DNA of 64,000 nucleotides from Thermodesulfobacteriota bacterium (GCA_049322355.1 JBMORG010000001.1:114337-178336), one strand, 5' to 3'. Positions 9,789-22,875 are shown, counted from the stretch's first letter. The notes: generated by a model from the sequence alone, not told the origin. Made by a program: numbers and translations.

Positions 9789-9875
9789 CTCGTCTGGAAG
9801 TTCGAGATTTAAAGTTCAAAGTTCAGAGTTTTAAACTCAGACTTGAGTTTTGAAGCGTTGGCCTTGATCCTTAAA

Positions 9876-11078
<1,203 letters not shown>

Positions 11079-11164
11079 GGTTTTCGCCTGCTTTACTCGT
11101 TCCCAAACTTTGCTTGAGAACGTCATTTTTTGCCCGAGTTCTGCTTGGGCACCAGGAAAAAAAA

Positions 11165-11820
11165 TTACTGGCAAGGTTTTAGAAAGAACGCTGTATCAGT
11201 AACTCCGGAGGTGGTCCATATAAAACGCCAATTTTGTATGGCCGTCAGGAATTCCGCCCATTCTAAAGAAGCAGGTCCATCGGACCAAGTGCGAGAGTTG
11301 GGAGAATACGAATTAGATGGTAAATACCAGTTGGCGTTGTCCAAAACTAAAAACCCCCAGGCTTAATTTTCTCAATGACTTTATTGGCACAAGCTGCCCG
11401 ATAATCCTCTGAATCAACCGACACAAAATCCAAACTACAATCCGAAAAACTATTTATTATTTCTAGATATTTCGACAAAGCGCTTAAGGTATTGTTTTCA
11501 TCCTTGTGAACAAAGATATAGTCAACATTAAGTATCTTATTCTTATCAAGCATTTGCTTCACTTTTTTATACCAAAATTCATTATCCTCAATACTTTTCA
11601 ATGAAGAAATGCGTTGGGCAAACCAGATTGTGCTTTTCCCTGAGCCAAACTCTAATCCGAGGCCGGATTTCTTAAGTAACGAATCAAGAATTGAATTCGC
11701 AGTTGGCGTTAACCAAGGATATCCAGGATGGGTTTTTTCATAAATTATGTAATTAACTCTATTGAAAATATACCTCGGTGTCCAATGTTTAATTGATTTC
11801 ATTAATACCATCCTTAACAA
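11165..11820 (-). pseudogene. class I SAM-dependent methyltransferase, disrupted by a -1 frame change at a C5/A5 homopolymer (11349-11358)
   Basis: The tracked ORF 11347..11820 ends ...VIEKIKPGGF*. It carries LEFGSGKST (motif I). The -1 frame continues open for 62 codons: [62 protein letters not shown] (stop comp. 11165-11167). One extra G would restore the KPGGFLVLDN motif. The body is AT-rich (19/60 GC at 11461-11520). Confidence 0.7.
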
Positions 11821-11867
11821 ATTATTATTATGTAAACATTGGAGGTGAAAAAATAATCTAATTCACC

Positions 11868-12776
11868 TCAACTCAGCAACCACTCCAGCAGCGCTTTCTG
11901 GAAGTGCATGCGGTTTTCCGCCTGGTCCCAGGCTGCGGATTGCCGCCCGTCCAGCACCGCCGCGGTGATTTCCTCCCCCCGGTGGGCCGGCAGGCAATGA
12001 AGCACAATGGCCTGGGGCGAGGCTAATTTCAGAAGCTCGCTGTTCACCTGGTAGGGTTGAAAGACGAGACGCCGGGCCGCGGCCTCGCCTTCCTGGCCCA
12101 TGGAGGCCCAGACGTCGGTGTTGATCACCAGGGCCTCGGCCACGGCCTCTTTGGGGTCGTGGCCCAGGAAGACCCGGGCCCCTTCGGCTTTGGCCCGGTG
12201 CAACAGGTGAGCGTCGGGCTCGTAGCCTTGGGGACAGGCCAAGTGCAGGGGAAAATCCAGGTGCATGGCCGCGGTGATCCAGGAGTTGGCCATGTTGTTG
12301 CCGTCCCCCACCCAGGCCACCTTCAGGCCGGTAAAATCGCCGAAGCGCTCCTCCATGGTCATAAGGTCGCTGAGCACCTGACAGGGGTGGTGGGTGTCCG
12401 TCAGGCCGTTGATCACGGGGATGGTGGCATGGCGGGCCAGTTCTTCCACCGTCGCCTGGGCAAAGGTCCGCACCACCACGCCGTCCACATATCGCGACAA
12501 CACCCGGGCGGTGTCGGCCACGGGTTCGTTCCGGGACATTTGGGTCTGGCCTGGGGCCAGATAGATGCTGGTGCCCCCCAGTTGGGCAATTCCGGCCTCA
12601 AAGGAGACCCGGGTGCGGGTGGAAGGCTTGTCGAAAATCATGGCCACGGTTTTGCCCTGGAGCGGGGTGGGGTTCTGGCCGCGGCGATGCAGGGCCTTGA
12701 GTTCCCGGGCCCGGGCTAGAAGTGTAACGATCTCATCCCGGCTCAAGTCCAATATGGTCAATAAGTCTCGTTTCAT
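11868..12776 (-). CDS. argF: ornithine carbamoyltransferase
   Basis: 302 aa. FDKPSTRTRVSFE, HPCQVLSD, HCLPAHRGEE. Confidence 0.93.
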   Translation of the reverse strand: MKRDLLTILDLSRDEIVTLLARARELKALHRRGQNPTPLQGKTVAMIFDKPSTRTRVSFEAGIAQLGGTSIYLAPGQTQMSRNEPVADTARVLSRYVDGVVVRTFAQATVEELARHATIPVINGLTDTHHPCQVLSDLMTMEERFGDFTGLKVAWVGDGNNMANSWITAAMHLDFPLHLACPQGYEPDAHLLHRAKAEGARVFLGHDPKEAVAEALVINTDVWASMGQEGEAAARRLVFQPYQVNSELLKLASPQAIVLHCLPAHRGEEITAAVLDGRQSAAWDQAENRMHFQKALLEWLLS

Positions 12777-12857
12777 GGGAATGCTTCTTTAATGGGAAGG
12801 GCGGACCTATGTGTCCGCCCTAATCCAGGGCGCACCCGCGTGTGCGCCCCTACGCTC

Positions 12858-14063
12858 TTATAGCAAGGCCAAAGCCTCCGCCAGGATGCCCAACCCCTGA
12901 TTGAGTTCATCCTTCCCGACTGTGAGGGGCGGCAGCAACCGGATGACGTTCCCCTGGGTGCAGTTGACCAACAGACCCCGCTCCCGGCAGGCCGTAACCA
13001 CGTCCGCGCCTTCCTGGGCCAGTTCCAGACCCCACATGAGGCCTAAGCCACGTACTTCCTTAATGATGGGGAACTGGCTCTTAAAATCTGCGAGTTTCAC
13101 CTGGAGAAATTCTCCCTTCTCGCGCACTCCGGCCAGAAACTCCGGCCGGCTCAGGAGGTCCAGGGCGGTCTTGGCCGCGGCGGCGATCACCGGCCCGGCT
13201 CCGAAGGTGCTGGCGTGGGTGCCGGGAACAAAGGCCGCGGCCACCTCTTCGGTGGCCAGGAGCGCCCCCATGGGCAGCCCTCCCGCCAAAGCCTTGGCCA
13301 GGGTCATGACATCCGGGGTGATCCCGAAGTTTTCATAGGCAAAAAGCTTGCCCGTGCGGCCCAGGCCCGTCTGGATTTCATCCAGGATGAGCAAAAGACC
13401 CTTCTCATCACACAACTGCCGCAAACCTGTGAGATAATCCGGTGACGGCAGGTTGACCCCGCCTTCACCCTGGATGGGCTCCAGCATCACGGCGCACACA
13501 GTGTCGTCCACGGCCTGGGCTACCGCGTTTAGGTCGTTAAAGGGCACGAAGACAAAACCTGGCAGCAAGGGATCGAACCCCTGCCAGAATTTGGACTGGC
13601 CGGTGGCGGAGAGCGCCCCGAAGGTGCGGCCGTGGAAAGAGTTTTCCATGCTGATAATCCGGTGCCTCCCTTCCCCGAACCGCTCCCGGGAGTAGCGCCG
13701 GGCCAGCTTGATGGCCCCTTCGTTAACTTCAGCGCCGGAATTGGCGAAAAAGACCCGGTCCGCAAAGGACAGGCTAACCAGCGTTTCGGCCAGCTCCACC
13801 ATGGGGGTGGTATAATAGATATTGGAGACGTGGACCAATTGGGTCAATTGGGCCGCGGCGGCCTTGGCCACCTCCGGATGGGCATGCCCCAGATTGCAGA
13901 CCGCCAACCCGGCCACAAAATCCAAGTATTCTTTACCGGTATCGTCCCAAACCCGGCAGCCCTGGCCTTTGACCAACACCAGGGGCTGCCGGCCGTAAGT
14001 GTTCATGACGACTTTGTTCGACCGTTCCATCCAATTTTGATTAAGCAAGATCTTTCTCCGCAT
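12858..14063 (-). CDS. argD: acetylornithine aminotransferase (start ambiguous: 14078 TTG, 14063 ATG or 14030 ATG)
   Basis: VMNTYGRQPLVLVKGQG, NSGAEVNEGAIKLAR, DEIQTGLGRTGK, TLAKALAGG (class III aminotransferase). Confidence 0.9.
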   Translation of the reverse strand: MRRKILLNQNWMERSNKVVMNTYGRQPLVLVKGQGCRVWDDTGKEYLDFVAGLAVCNLGHAHPEVAKAAAAQLTQLVHVSNIYYTTPMVELAETLVSLSFADRVFFANSGAEVNEGAIKLARRYSRERFGEGRHRIISMENSFHGRTFGALSATGQSKFWQGFDPLLPGFVFVPFNDLNAVAQAVDDTVCAVMLEPIQGEGGVNLPSPDYLTGLRQLCDEKGLLLILDEIQTGLGRTGKLFAYENFGITPDVMTLAKALAGGLPMGALLATEEVAAAFVPGTHASTFGAGPVIAAAAKTALDLLSRPEFLAGVREKGEFLQVKLADFKSQFPIIKEVRGLGLMWGLELAQEGADVVTACRERGLLVNCTQGNVIRLLPPLTVGKDELNQGLGILAEALALL

Positions 14064-14065
14064 CA

Positions 14066-14158
14066 GTTCAAAGTTCAAAGTTCGAGGTTCAAAGTTCGAG
14101 GTTCAAAGTTAAAAACCTGGACTTGAAGGGCTAGGGGCAATCAACTTTGAACCTTGAA

Positions 14159-14160
<2 letters not shown>
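14066..14160. repeat. tandem gttcaaag/gttcgag low-complexity repeat with an inverted partner
   Basis: gttcaaagttcaaagttcgaggttcaaagttcgaggttcaaagtt (14066-14110) and the inverted aactttgaaccttgaac (14143-14160), in the argD-argB spacer. A related stretch lies at 9797-9870. Confidence 0.8.
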
Positions 14161-15049
<889 letters not shown>

Positions 15050-15091
15050 TCAGCTTTCAGCGGCCAGCTATCAGCTAAAAAGAAGTCTGAT

Positions 15092-15451
15092 TTAAGCATT
15101 GTAATGGGCCACACCTCTTGTAACTTTGCCATTTTTGTCGAAAAAGAGCAGTTCTATGGCACGTTTGCCAAGCACGGCATTGTAATAAATGGCGATACTG
15201 TCGACACTCGTGAGAACCTCAATAAGTTCAAAATGTAAATCCGGAATTCGCCCAAGTGCTTTTGCCCAGTAGGCGCGGACGTTTTGTTTGCCTTTAATTG
15301 TGCCAGCGGGCTCGTTTATCAGCCGCACTATGAAGGGTGAGGTTATTTCAAAATCATCGGAGTAGTGCGACATAATCCGGTCCAAATCATGGGAGTTCCA
15401 TGATTCGACCCACTCCCTGGCAAATATCTGGGCATCCGTTATAGATATCAA
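15092..15451 (-). CDS. SnoaL-like / NTF2-fold small protein
   Basis: 119 aa. AREWVESWNSHDLDRIMSHYSDDFEITSP is typical of SnoaL-like domains. TTG start preceded by GGGAGGG. Lower GC than its neighbours. Confidence 0.6.
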   Translation of the reverse strand: MISITDAQIFAREWVESWNSHDLDRIMSHYSDDFEITSPFIVRLINEPAGTIKGKQNVRAYWAKALGRIPDLHFELIEVLTSVDSIAIYYNAVLGKRAIELLFFDKNGKVTRGVAHYNA

Positions 15452-15556
15452 GGGTAGACCCTCCCTTCAAGCCTCAGATATCGAGGCCACAAACGACTTG
15501 CGGCTTTTGCCTTTGATCTTTTAGCTGATCGCTGATGGCTGACCGCTGACAGCTTC

Positions 15557-16909
<1,353 letters not shown>

Positions 16910-17048
16910 GTTGTCTGCCTTTGAAAGAAGCTGTCAGCTTTTAGCAGTCAGCTATCAGCTTAACAAATAATTATCAAACCGTAGGGCAGGCGCCGCCCGC
17001 CGGCTTTTGGTTGTGGTTTATGCAATGGCGGGCAATGCCCGCCCTACA

Positions 17049-17594
17049 TTACAATTCCTCAATCACTATCTCGCTATTGGTATACACACACAACGACGCG
17101 GCGATGTTCATAGCCTCCCGGCAAATCTCCGCCGCCCCCATCTTGGTATGAGCCATCAGCGCCCTTGCCGCGGCCAGGGCGTAGGGGCCGCCGGAGCCGA
17201 TGGCCATGACCCCTTCGTCGGGCTCGATGACGTCGCCGGTGCCGGACACGAGAAATGCCGCGCTGCCGTCCACCGCCAGGAGCAACGCTTCCAGGCGCCG
17301 CAGAATCTTGTCGGTGCGCCAGTCCTTGGCCAACTCCACCACGGAGCGGGTAAGGTTCCCCTGATGCTTTTCCAGCTTGGCCTCCAGGCGCTCGAAGAGG
17401 GTGAGAGCATCGGCCGCGGAGCCTGCGAAACCCACGATGATTTTGCCCTGATAGAGTTTGCGGACCTTTTTGGCGTGGTGCTTCATCACCATGTCGCCCA
17501 GGGTGACCTGGCCGTCGCCGGCCACCGCCACTTCATTGTCCCGGCGCACCATGAGGATGGTGGTGCCGCGGAATTTCGTATCTGAATGGTTCAT
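17049..17594 (-). CDS. hslV: ATP-dependent protease peptidase subunit HslV
   Basis: Trimmed to the ATG at comp. 17592-17594: [33 protein letters not shown] (Thr nucleophile context). The tracked extension to 17822 is translated repeat DNA. Confidence 0.92.
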   Translation of the reverse strand: MNHSDTKFRGTTILMVRRDNEVAVAGDGQVTLGDMVMKHHAKKVRKLYQGKIIVGFAGSAADALTLFERLEAKLEKHQGNLTRSVVELAKDWRTDKILRRLEALLLAVDGSAAFLVSGTGDVIEPDEGVMAIGSGGPYALAAARALMAHTKMGAAEICREAMNIAASLCVYTNSEIVIEEL

Positions 17595-17675
17595 ATCGGA
17601 TTTTTTCTCGTCACCAAGCCTCTTCTGTTCCCCAAAAATGTTTTTGGTCCCACAGGCGTCTCGCCTGTGCGGCGC

Positions 17676-17747
17676 TAAAGCCTGCGGCTGCCAAAACCTT
17701 TCATGGTTTTGGGTGTTCCTTGAACATGAGTGGCTCGTTCTCAAGTT
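17676..17747 (+). repeat. 72-nt dispersed repeat, copy 1
   Basis: taaagcctgcggctgccaaaacctttcatggttttgggtgttccttgaacatgagtggctcgttctcaagtt. Differs at 2 of 72 positions from 31263-31334. Contains the hairpin ccaaaacc/ggttttgg. Confidence 0.9.
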
Positions 17748-17966
17748 GCACTTGGGAACGGATTGAGGGCCAAGCTTAGCTTGGCACTCGCAGCAAAGCC
17801 GCGAGGAAATTGGGGTTCCCAAGCCCAGCTTGGCAACCAGTTAAGAGTTACTTTGGTGGCACAGGCGTCTCGCCTGTGCAATACTTAAAGTGCGTGCTGC
17901 GCAGCCCCCACGCCCTAAATGGCGGGCAGGGAGGCCCGCCCCACCGAATTTTTCCCCCTTTTCGCC

Positions 17967-18869
17967 CTACTTACTCCTGGGATGGGCTTTGTCGTACTCC
18001 TCCATCAAATAATCCAGGTTCAGATGCAGATACCGCTGGGTGCTGGAGATGGAGGCATGACCCAACATCTCCTGTACCGCCCTGAGGTCCGCTTGGCCCT
18101 CCAGCAGGTGGGTGGCGAAGCTGTGGCGCAGGCCGTGGGGCGTCAAGCCCGGAGAGATGCCTGATTTACTTACCCATTTGGCCACCAACCGGGACACCCC
18201 CCGGGTACTGAGGCGCCTTCCCCGGGAATTGACGAACAGAGCGGTTTCGTCCCCGGCGCCATGTTGCTCCAGATGCCGTTGGCGCAAAGGGAGATAGGCC
18301 GCCAGGGCTGCTTTGGCCGGGTCCCCCAAAAAGGCCAGGCGTTCCTTGCTGCCTTTGCCCCAGACCCGGAGGACTCCCGAACCCAGGTCCAGGTCTCCCA
18401 GACTGAGGCCGGCCAACTCTGAGAGCCGGAGGCCGCCGCCGTAAAACACCTCCAGTACGGCCTTATCCCGGCAGGCCCCGAAGTCGTCACCCTTGGGTTC
18501 ACCTAAAAGGTGAAAGGCCTCGTCCACGCTCAGGTAGTGGGGCAGAGGCTTTTCCAGCTTGGGGCTGGGGGCCAGTTTGGCCGGGTTCTGGTTCAGGACG
18601 CCGGTGCGCTGCAAATACTTGAAAAAGGTGCGCAGGGCCGAGAGCTTGCGGGCTACCGTGGTTTTGCGGCTTTTCTGCAGGGCTGTGGCCAGGAAGGCTC
18701 TTAAGTCTTGATAAGTTACTTGCTTAAGTTCGGCGTCGGCCCGCGCCGCAGCAAAAAACCCCAAAAACTGGCTAAGGTCAAGGCGGTAGTTTCTCAAGGT
18801 ATGGGGCGACATCTGCCGCTCCACCTTGAGGTACCGCAAAAAATCCTCTAAATAGGCCCAGCCACCCAT
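17967..18869 (-). CDS. xerC: tyrosine site-specific recombinase XerC/XerD family
   Basis: YLKVERQMSPHTLRNY, HGLRHSFATHLLEGQADLRAVQEMLGHASISSTQRYLHL (R-H-R-Y catalytic set). Classical xerC-hslVU synteny. The ATG at comp. 18869 has an AGGAAGG RBS. Confidence 0.85.
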   Translation of the reverse strand: MGGWAYLEDFLRYLKVERQMSPHTLRNYRLDLSQFLGFFAAARADAELKQVTYQDLRAFLATALQKSRKTTVARKLSALRTFFKYLQRTGVLNQNPAKLAPSPKLEKPLPHYLSVDEAFHLLGEPKGDDFGACRDKAVLEVFYGGGLRLSELAGLSLGDLDLGSGVLRVWGKGSKERLAFLGDPAKAALAAYLPLRQRHLEQHGAGDETALFVNSRGRRLSTRGVSRLVAKWVSKSGISPGLTPHGLRHSFATHLLEGQADLRAVQEMLGHASISSTQRYLHLNLDYLMEEYDKAHPRSK

Positions 18870-19150
18870 AACCAAGCCTTCCTGTAAAAGGCTCCCTTAA
18901 CTAATTTAAAATATAATTATTATCATGAAGTGGACGCAATGCCAAAGATTATCAGGAGCTGAGACCGAACCTTTGGACTTTCGTAGTTGGAGCCCAGGCG
19001 TCCTCGCCTGCGCCCTAATAAAGTCTGGACAGCCGAGGGCGCAGTCCTACAAAAGCCTTAATGAGGCACGGCAAGCCAAGGGTGGCTGTCCAACCTAGAG
19101 CAATTTCCAAATGTTTTTCCTCTTCGAGAGCCTCATGAGCCAGCTATGAT

Positions 19151-19222
19151 TGTCATTCTGAGGGAGCTAAGCGACCGAAGAATTTAAAAAAAGTGTGATT
19201 CTTCGCGGCGCTCACAATGACA
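19151..19222. repeat. inverted pair of tgtcattctgag...gaagaat motifs
   Basis: tgtcattctgagggagctaagcgaccgaagaat (19151-19183) and, inverted, gattcttcgcggcgctcacaatgaca (19197-19222). Confidence 0.75.
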
Positions 19223-19361
19223 AATCCAACCGATAACCAGCAACAACCTTCGGCAAACGCTATGAGATTTTTTCGAAGTTTCCAAATGTATAGGGCGGGT
19301 TTAACACCCGCCCCTGGCGTGGTCGGCACGGAAGCCGAAAGAAAAAACCAGGAAAGTCACC

Positions 19362-19643
19362 TCATGTGGTCAGCACCCGGGTCCGGGTGGGAGATTCCAG
19401 GTAGCTGTCGATTTCAGCGGCCAATTTCTGCCTCTCAGGGTTATTTTGCCAGTTCTGCCAGTCTGCCAGGGATTCCCAGGTGCTGATTACCAGGTAATAG
19501 TTGGGGTCATCCACCCCATGCAAGGTCTCGCCGGTGATATAGCCGGGTTGCTGCATAGCCATAACCCGGAGGTGACGCAGCAGACGCACGATATTTCCCA
19601 CGTTTTGTCCACGAATCGTCCTTTCCATCAACACCTTGACCAT
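19362..19643 (-). CDS. antibiotic-biosynthesis-monooxygenase (ABM) domain protein
   Basis: Trimmed to the ATG at comp. 19641-19643, which has an AGGAGAGG RBS: MVKVLMERTI...YYLVISTWESLADWQNWQNNPERQ, an ABM-type ferredoxin-like fold. Confidence 0.65.
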   Translation of the reverse strand: MVKVLMERTIRGQNVGNIVRLLRHLRVMAMQQPGYITGETLHGVDDPNYYLVISTWESLADWQNWQNNPERQKLAAEIDSYLESPTRTRVLTT

Positions 19644-19855
19644 GTTCCTCTCCTTCTGAGTGAATAGGGTTGGAGGAAATGCCGCTCCGGCAGACGCCTT
19701 GGATTCCAGGCGGTCCGGAAAGGGGTCCACTGTCGCCAAGTTATTTTATCTTTATTATAAACAGATAGTCTGCAAGTTCAATGGCTATTGCTGTTATACT
19801 CTCTTGAGGGCTGTCAGACTCTGTGGTATAATTGCCTGGGGAAAGTGGGTGCCTG

Positions 19856-21019
19856 ATGGTTAAGCTATCAGAATTACGCCAAATCCTGGATAAACAGGAA
19901 GAAGGCTGGCTCTCGTCATATGCCTGCCGCAGTGTGGCGGCTATCCGGCGGCGTTATGAAGAACGCATTGCCGAGGGCCACCGCCAGAATTTTGCGGTGG
20001 ACGCCGACCGCATCCTCCACTCCCAGGCTTACACCCGCTACATCGACAAAACCCAGGTCTTTTACCTCATCGACCACGAGCATATCAGCCACCGGGTTCT
20101 CCACGTTCAGCTATTATCCAAGATCGCCCGGACCATAGGCAAGTTTCTCCGCTTAAACGAAGACCTCCTGGAGGCCATCGCTTTAGGCCATGACATTGGG
20201 CATCCGCCCTTCGGCCACGATGGAGAGCGCATTCTCTCAGGCCTCTGCCAGGCCCACGGTATCGGTCCTTTTCTCCACAGCATCCAGGGCGTATGGTTTC
20301 TCGACAGCCTGGAAAAACAAGGGCGCGGTCTCAACCTATCTTTGCAGGTCCTGGACGGCATTCTCTGCCACGATGGTGAGACCCACCTGGAACGCCTGTC
20401 GCCCCAGGGGGACAAGACCTTTGCGGTCCTTACGGATGAGATCCAGGCCAAGTTGGCCGACCCGGAAATGTCTCTGAAGCCCATGACCCTGGAGGGGTGT
20501 GTGGTGCGCCTGGCGGATACTATAAGTTATATCGGCCGAGACCTGGAGGACGCCATTACCCTGAAGCTGGTGCAGCGGGAGGAGATGCCGCCGGAAATCT
20601 CCCAGGGCCTGGGGCGGACCAACGGCGCCATCGTCTATAGCCTGGTGGCCGACCTCATCAGCCACAGCTTCGACAAAAACTACGTGGGTTACAGTCCAGA
20701 AGTGGGGGGTCTCTTAAAGCGGCTTAAGGAGTTCAATTACCGGCGTATCTACGATAATACTCGCATTAAACAGGAGACTCCTAAGATCGAGGCTTTGTTC
20801 CAGCATCTCTTTGACCGGTTTTTAATGGATCTGGAGACGGGCCGGGAAGATTCGCCCATCTGGGTGGATTTTCTGGCCGCGATGGCTCCTGGTTACCAGG
20901 ATACCCACCAACCCGCCGAAATCGTCCGGGATTTCCTGGCCTCCATGACGGATGCCTATTTTTTGCGCACGTCCCAGGCGCTGTTCTTCCCCCAGCCTTT
21001 GCGGGTGGGATTTGGTTGA
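19856..21019 (+). CDS. dGTP triphosphohydrolase-like HD-domain phosphohydrolase
   Basis: DADRILHSQAYTRYIDKTQVF, HRVLHVQLLSKIAR, ALGHDIGHPPFGH (HD motif). Confidence 0.85.
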   Translation: MVKLSELRQILDKQEEGWLSSYACRSVAAIRRRYEERIAEGHRQNFAVDADRILHSQAYTRYIDKTQVFYLIDHEHISHRVLHVQLLSKIARTIGKFLRLNEDLLEAIALGHDIGHPPFGHDGERILSGLCQAHGIGPFLHSIQGVWFLDSLEKQGRGLNLSLQVLDGILCHDGETHLERLSPQGDKTFAVLTDEIQAKLADPEMSLKPMTLEGCVVRLADTISYIGRDLEDAITLKLVQREEMPPEISQGLGRTNGAIVYSLVADLISHSFDKNYVGYSPEVGGLLKRLKEFNYRRIYDNTRIKQETPKIEALFQHLFDRFLMDLETGREDSPIWVDFLAAMAPGYQDTHQPAEIVRDFLASMTDAYFLRTSQALFFPQPLRVGFG

Positions 21020-21026
21020 TGTAACC

Positions 21027-21788
21027 ATGCGCCTTATGACCTTTAATCTCAGATTTGCCACTCCCTTAGACGGTCCCAATGAATGGGAGTTCAGGAAGGA
21101 ACTGGTGGCGGAGGTTATCTTAAACCATCTGCCGGACCTGTTGGGCACCCAGGAAGGCACGGTGCCCCAACTCCAATACCTTGAGGGGCATCTGCCGGGC
21201 TATTTGCCTTTGACGGCCCATCGCCAGGTGGACCCTACTTGTCAATACCCTACTATTTTTTATCGCGGCGACCGCTTTCACGTGCACGAAAGCAACGAAT
21301 TCTGGCTCTCCGAAACTCCAAAAGAGCATCGCAGCCGCAGTTGGGGCTCGGCCTTCCCCCGCCTGGCCACCTATGGACTTTTTCAGGAAAAAGGTCTGGC
21401 CGCCAGCTTTTACTTCATCAACACTCATCTGGATCACATCTCTGCGACGGCCCGGAGAGAAGGCTCCAGGATGATCCGGAAATTTTTCTTTTCCGTAAAT
21501 CTGCCGATTATTCTGGTGGGGGATTTTAATGAACCGCCGGACGGCGTGGTTTATCGGGAACTTATTAATCCAGACAGTCCCTTGCGTGATACCTGGAGAG
21601 AGGTGTACCCCCCGGGAGAAGAGACCCCGACTCAACATAAATTCGATGGGGAACTCTGGGGCAGCCGCATCGACTGGATTCTGGTGACCCCGCCCTTTCA
21701 GGTCCGGCGGGTGGCCATAGTCACTGACAATTTTGATGGCCGCTATCCTTCCGACCATTTTCCATATGAAGCAGAGGTCGAATATTGA
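21027..21788 (+). CDS. endonuclease/exonuclease/phosphatase (EEP) family protein
   Basis: MRLMTFNLRF...GTQE..., NTHLDH, GDFNE, SDHFPY (EEP catalytic motifs). Starts 7 nt after the HD gene. Confidence 0.85.
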   Translation: MRLMTFNLRFATPLDGPNEWEFRKELVAEVILNHLPDLLGTQEGTVPQLQYLEGHLPGYLPLTAHRQVDPTCQYPTIFYRGDRFHVHESNEFWLSETPKEHRSRSWGSAFPRLATYGLFQEKGLAASFYFINTHLDHISATARREGSRMIRKFFFSVNLPIILVGDFNEPPDGVVYRELINPDSPLRDTWREVYPPGEETPTQHKFDGELWGSRIDWILVTPPFQVRRVAIVTDNFDGRYPSDHFPYEAEVEY

Positions 21789-21790
21789 TC

Positions 21791-22777
21791 ATGGGTTTTA
21801 AATTCTGGTTTATCACTTTAATCTTGCTGACCCGAACTTTTGGCGCCAACGCCGCCGACTCGGCTCCGCCCCTCTATAACCAGGTGGCCGGAGGTGAAGA
21901 AAGGGTGGACGTGGCAAAACCTGCCAGTATCACCTCTCTAGCCTTGGAAAGGGGGATGCGTTGGACGGTGGTGGCCCGGCACAATGGTCTGAAGAAACCA
22001 TACCGGCTTAAGCCTGGCGACTCCATAAAGATCAACACCACTCACATCGTCCCCGCTGAGCTGCAAAGCGGCCTGGTAATCAATCTGCCGGAATTAAATC
22101 TCTACTATATCCAGGATGGGGTCTATCAGCGGCGTTATGCCCTGGCGGTGGGGAAACCCAGTTGGCCCACCCCCACCGGGACTTATAAGATTCAGGAAAA
22201 GCGCAAGAACCCTACCTGGAACGTGCCGCCGTCCATCCAGGAGGAGATGGAGGAGATGGGCCAGGAAGTGGTGGAAAAGGTGCCTCCCGGCCCCAAGAAT
22301 CCCCTGGGGAAGTTTTACATGGGAACTACTGCCGACGGAGTTGGTATTCATGCCACCAACCGCCCTTGGAGCGTGGGCTACTCTGTATCCCACGGCTGTA
22401 TCCGCATGCTCCCTCATGAAATCGAGCAACTCTTCCCCCAGATACCGGTGGGGACCCCGGTTAAGATAATTTACCGTCCCATCAAATTAGCCCTCACCCT
22501 CGAAGGCAGGGTTTATCTGGAGGCTCATCCCAATATCTACCAATGGGAGTTGGACTCCAGGGATTGGGTCAAGAGCATGGCAGAATACTACCAGATTGCC
22601 GACCGCATCGATTGGGACAAGGTCCCGGCCATCCTCAAAAAGCGGGAAGGCATCGCGCAGGATGTTACCAAGACCTCCTCTGCCCCTGCTCCGACCTCCG
22701 CCGGGTTCCATGCCCCCGCCGCCGCCACGGAAGTCAGGCTTTCTCCTTTACAAGGCAAGGCTACCAAGTTAGAATAG
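21791..22777 (+). CDS. L,D-transpeptidase (YkuD) with LysM-like domain
   Basis: Signal peptide, then a LysM-like segment (SLALERGMRWTVVARHNGL..LKPGDSIKI), then the YkuD core GIHATNRPWSVGYSVSHGCIRM. Confidence 0.88.
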   Translation: MGFKFWFITLILLTRTFGANAADSAPPLYNQVAGGEERVDVAKPASITSLALERGMRWTVVARHNGLKKPYRLKPGDSIKINTTHIVPAELQSGLVINLPELNLYYIQDGVYQRRYALAVGKPSWPTPTGTYKIQEKRKNPTWNVPPSIQEEMEEMGQEVVEKVPPGPKNPLGKFYMGTTADGVGIHATNRPWSVGYSVSHGCIRMLPHEIEQLFPQIPVGTPVKIIYRPIKLALTLEGRVYLEAHPNIYQWELDSRDWVKSMAEYYQIADRIDWDKVPAILKKREGIAQDVTKTSSAPAPTSAGFHAPAAATEVRLSPLQGKATKLE

Positions 22778-22875
22778 GTTCCGTCTGGTGACCCCCGGAC
22801 GGGAGCAAAGACAGGGGGAAAGTTTTCACCCGGGTTTGCTCCCGCCGATTTCCAGGGAGAACATCTTTGCCTGAC

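Noticed and set aside
13560-13580. tRNA-like T-arm string (gggatcgaacccctgcc).
   Set aside because: It lies inside the argD coding sequence and has no acceptor or anticodon arms around it, so it is a chance match.
17595-17822. N-terminal extensions of tracked ORFs: hslV to 17822, argG to 11174, nfnB to 39528, metF from 43235, cooS from 45529, EEP from 20952, gap to 53197, usp to 53798.
   Set aside because: The extensions translate repeat or upstream-gene sequence, and the track accepts the first ATG/GTG/TTG. Internal ATGs preceded by Shine-Dalgarno sequences give canonical family N-termini.
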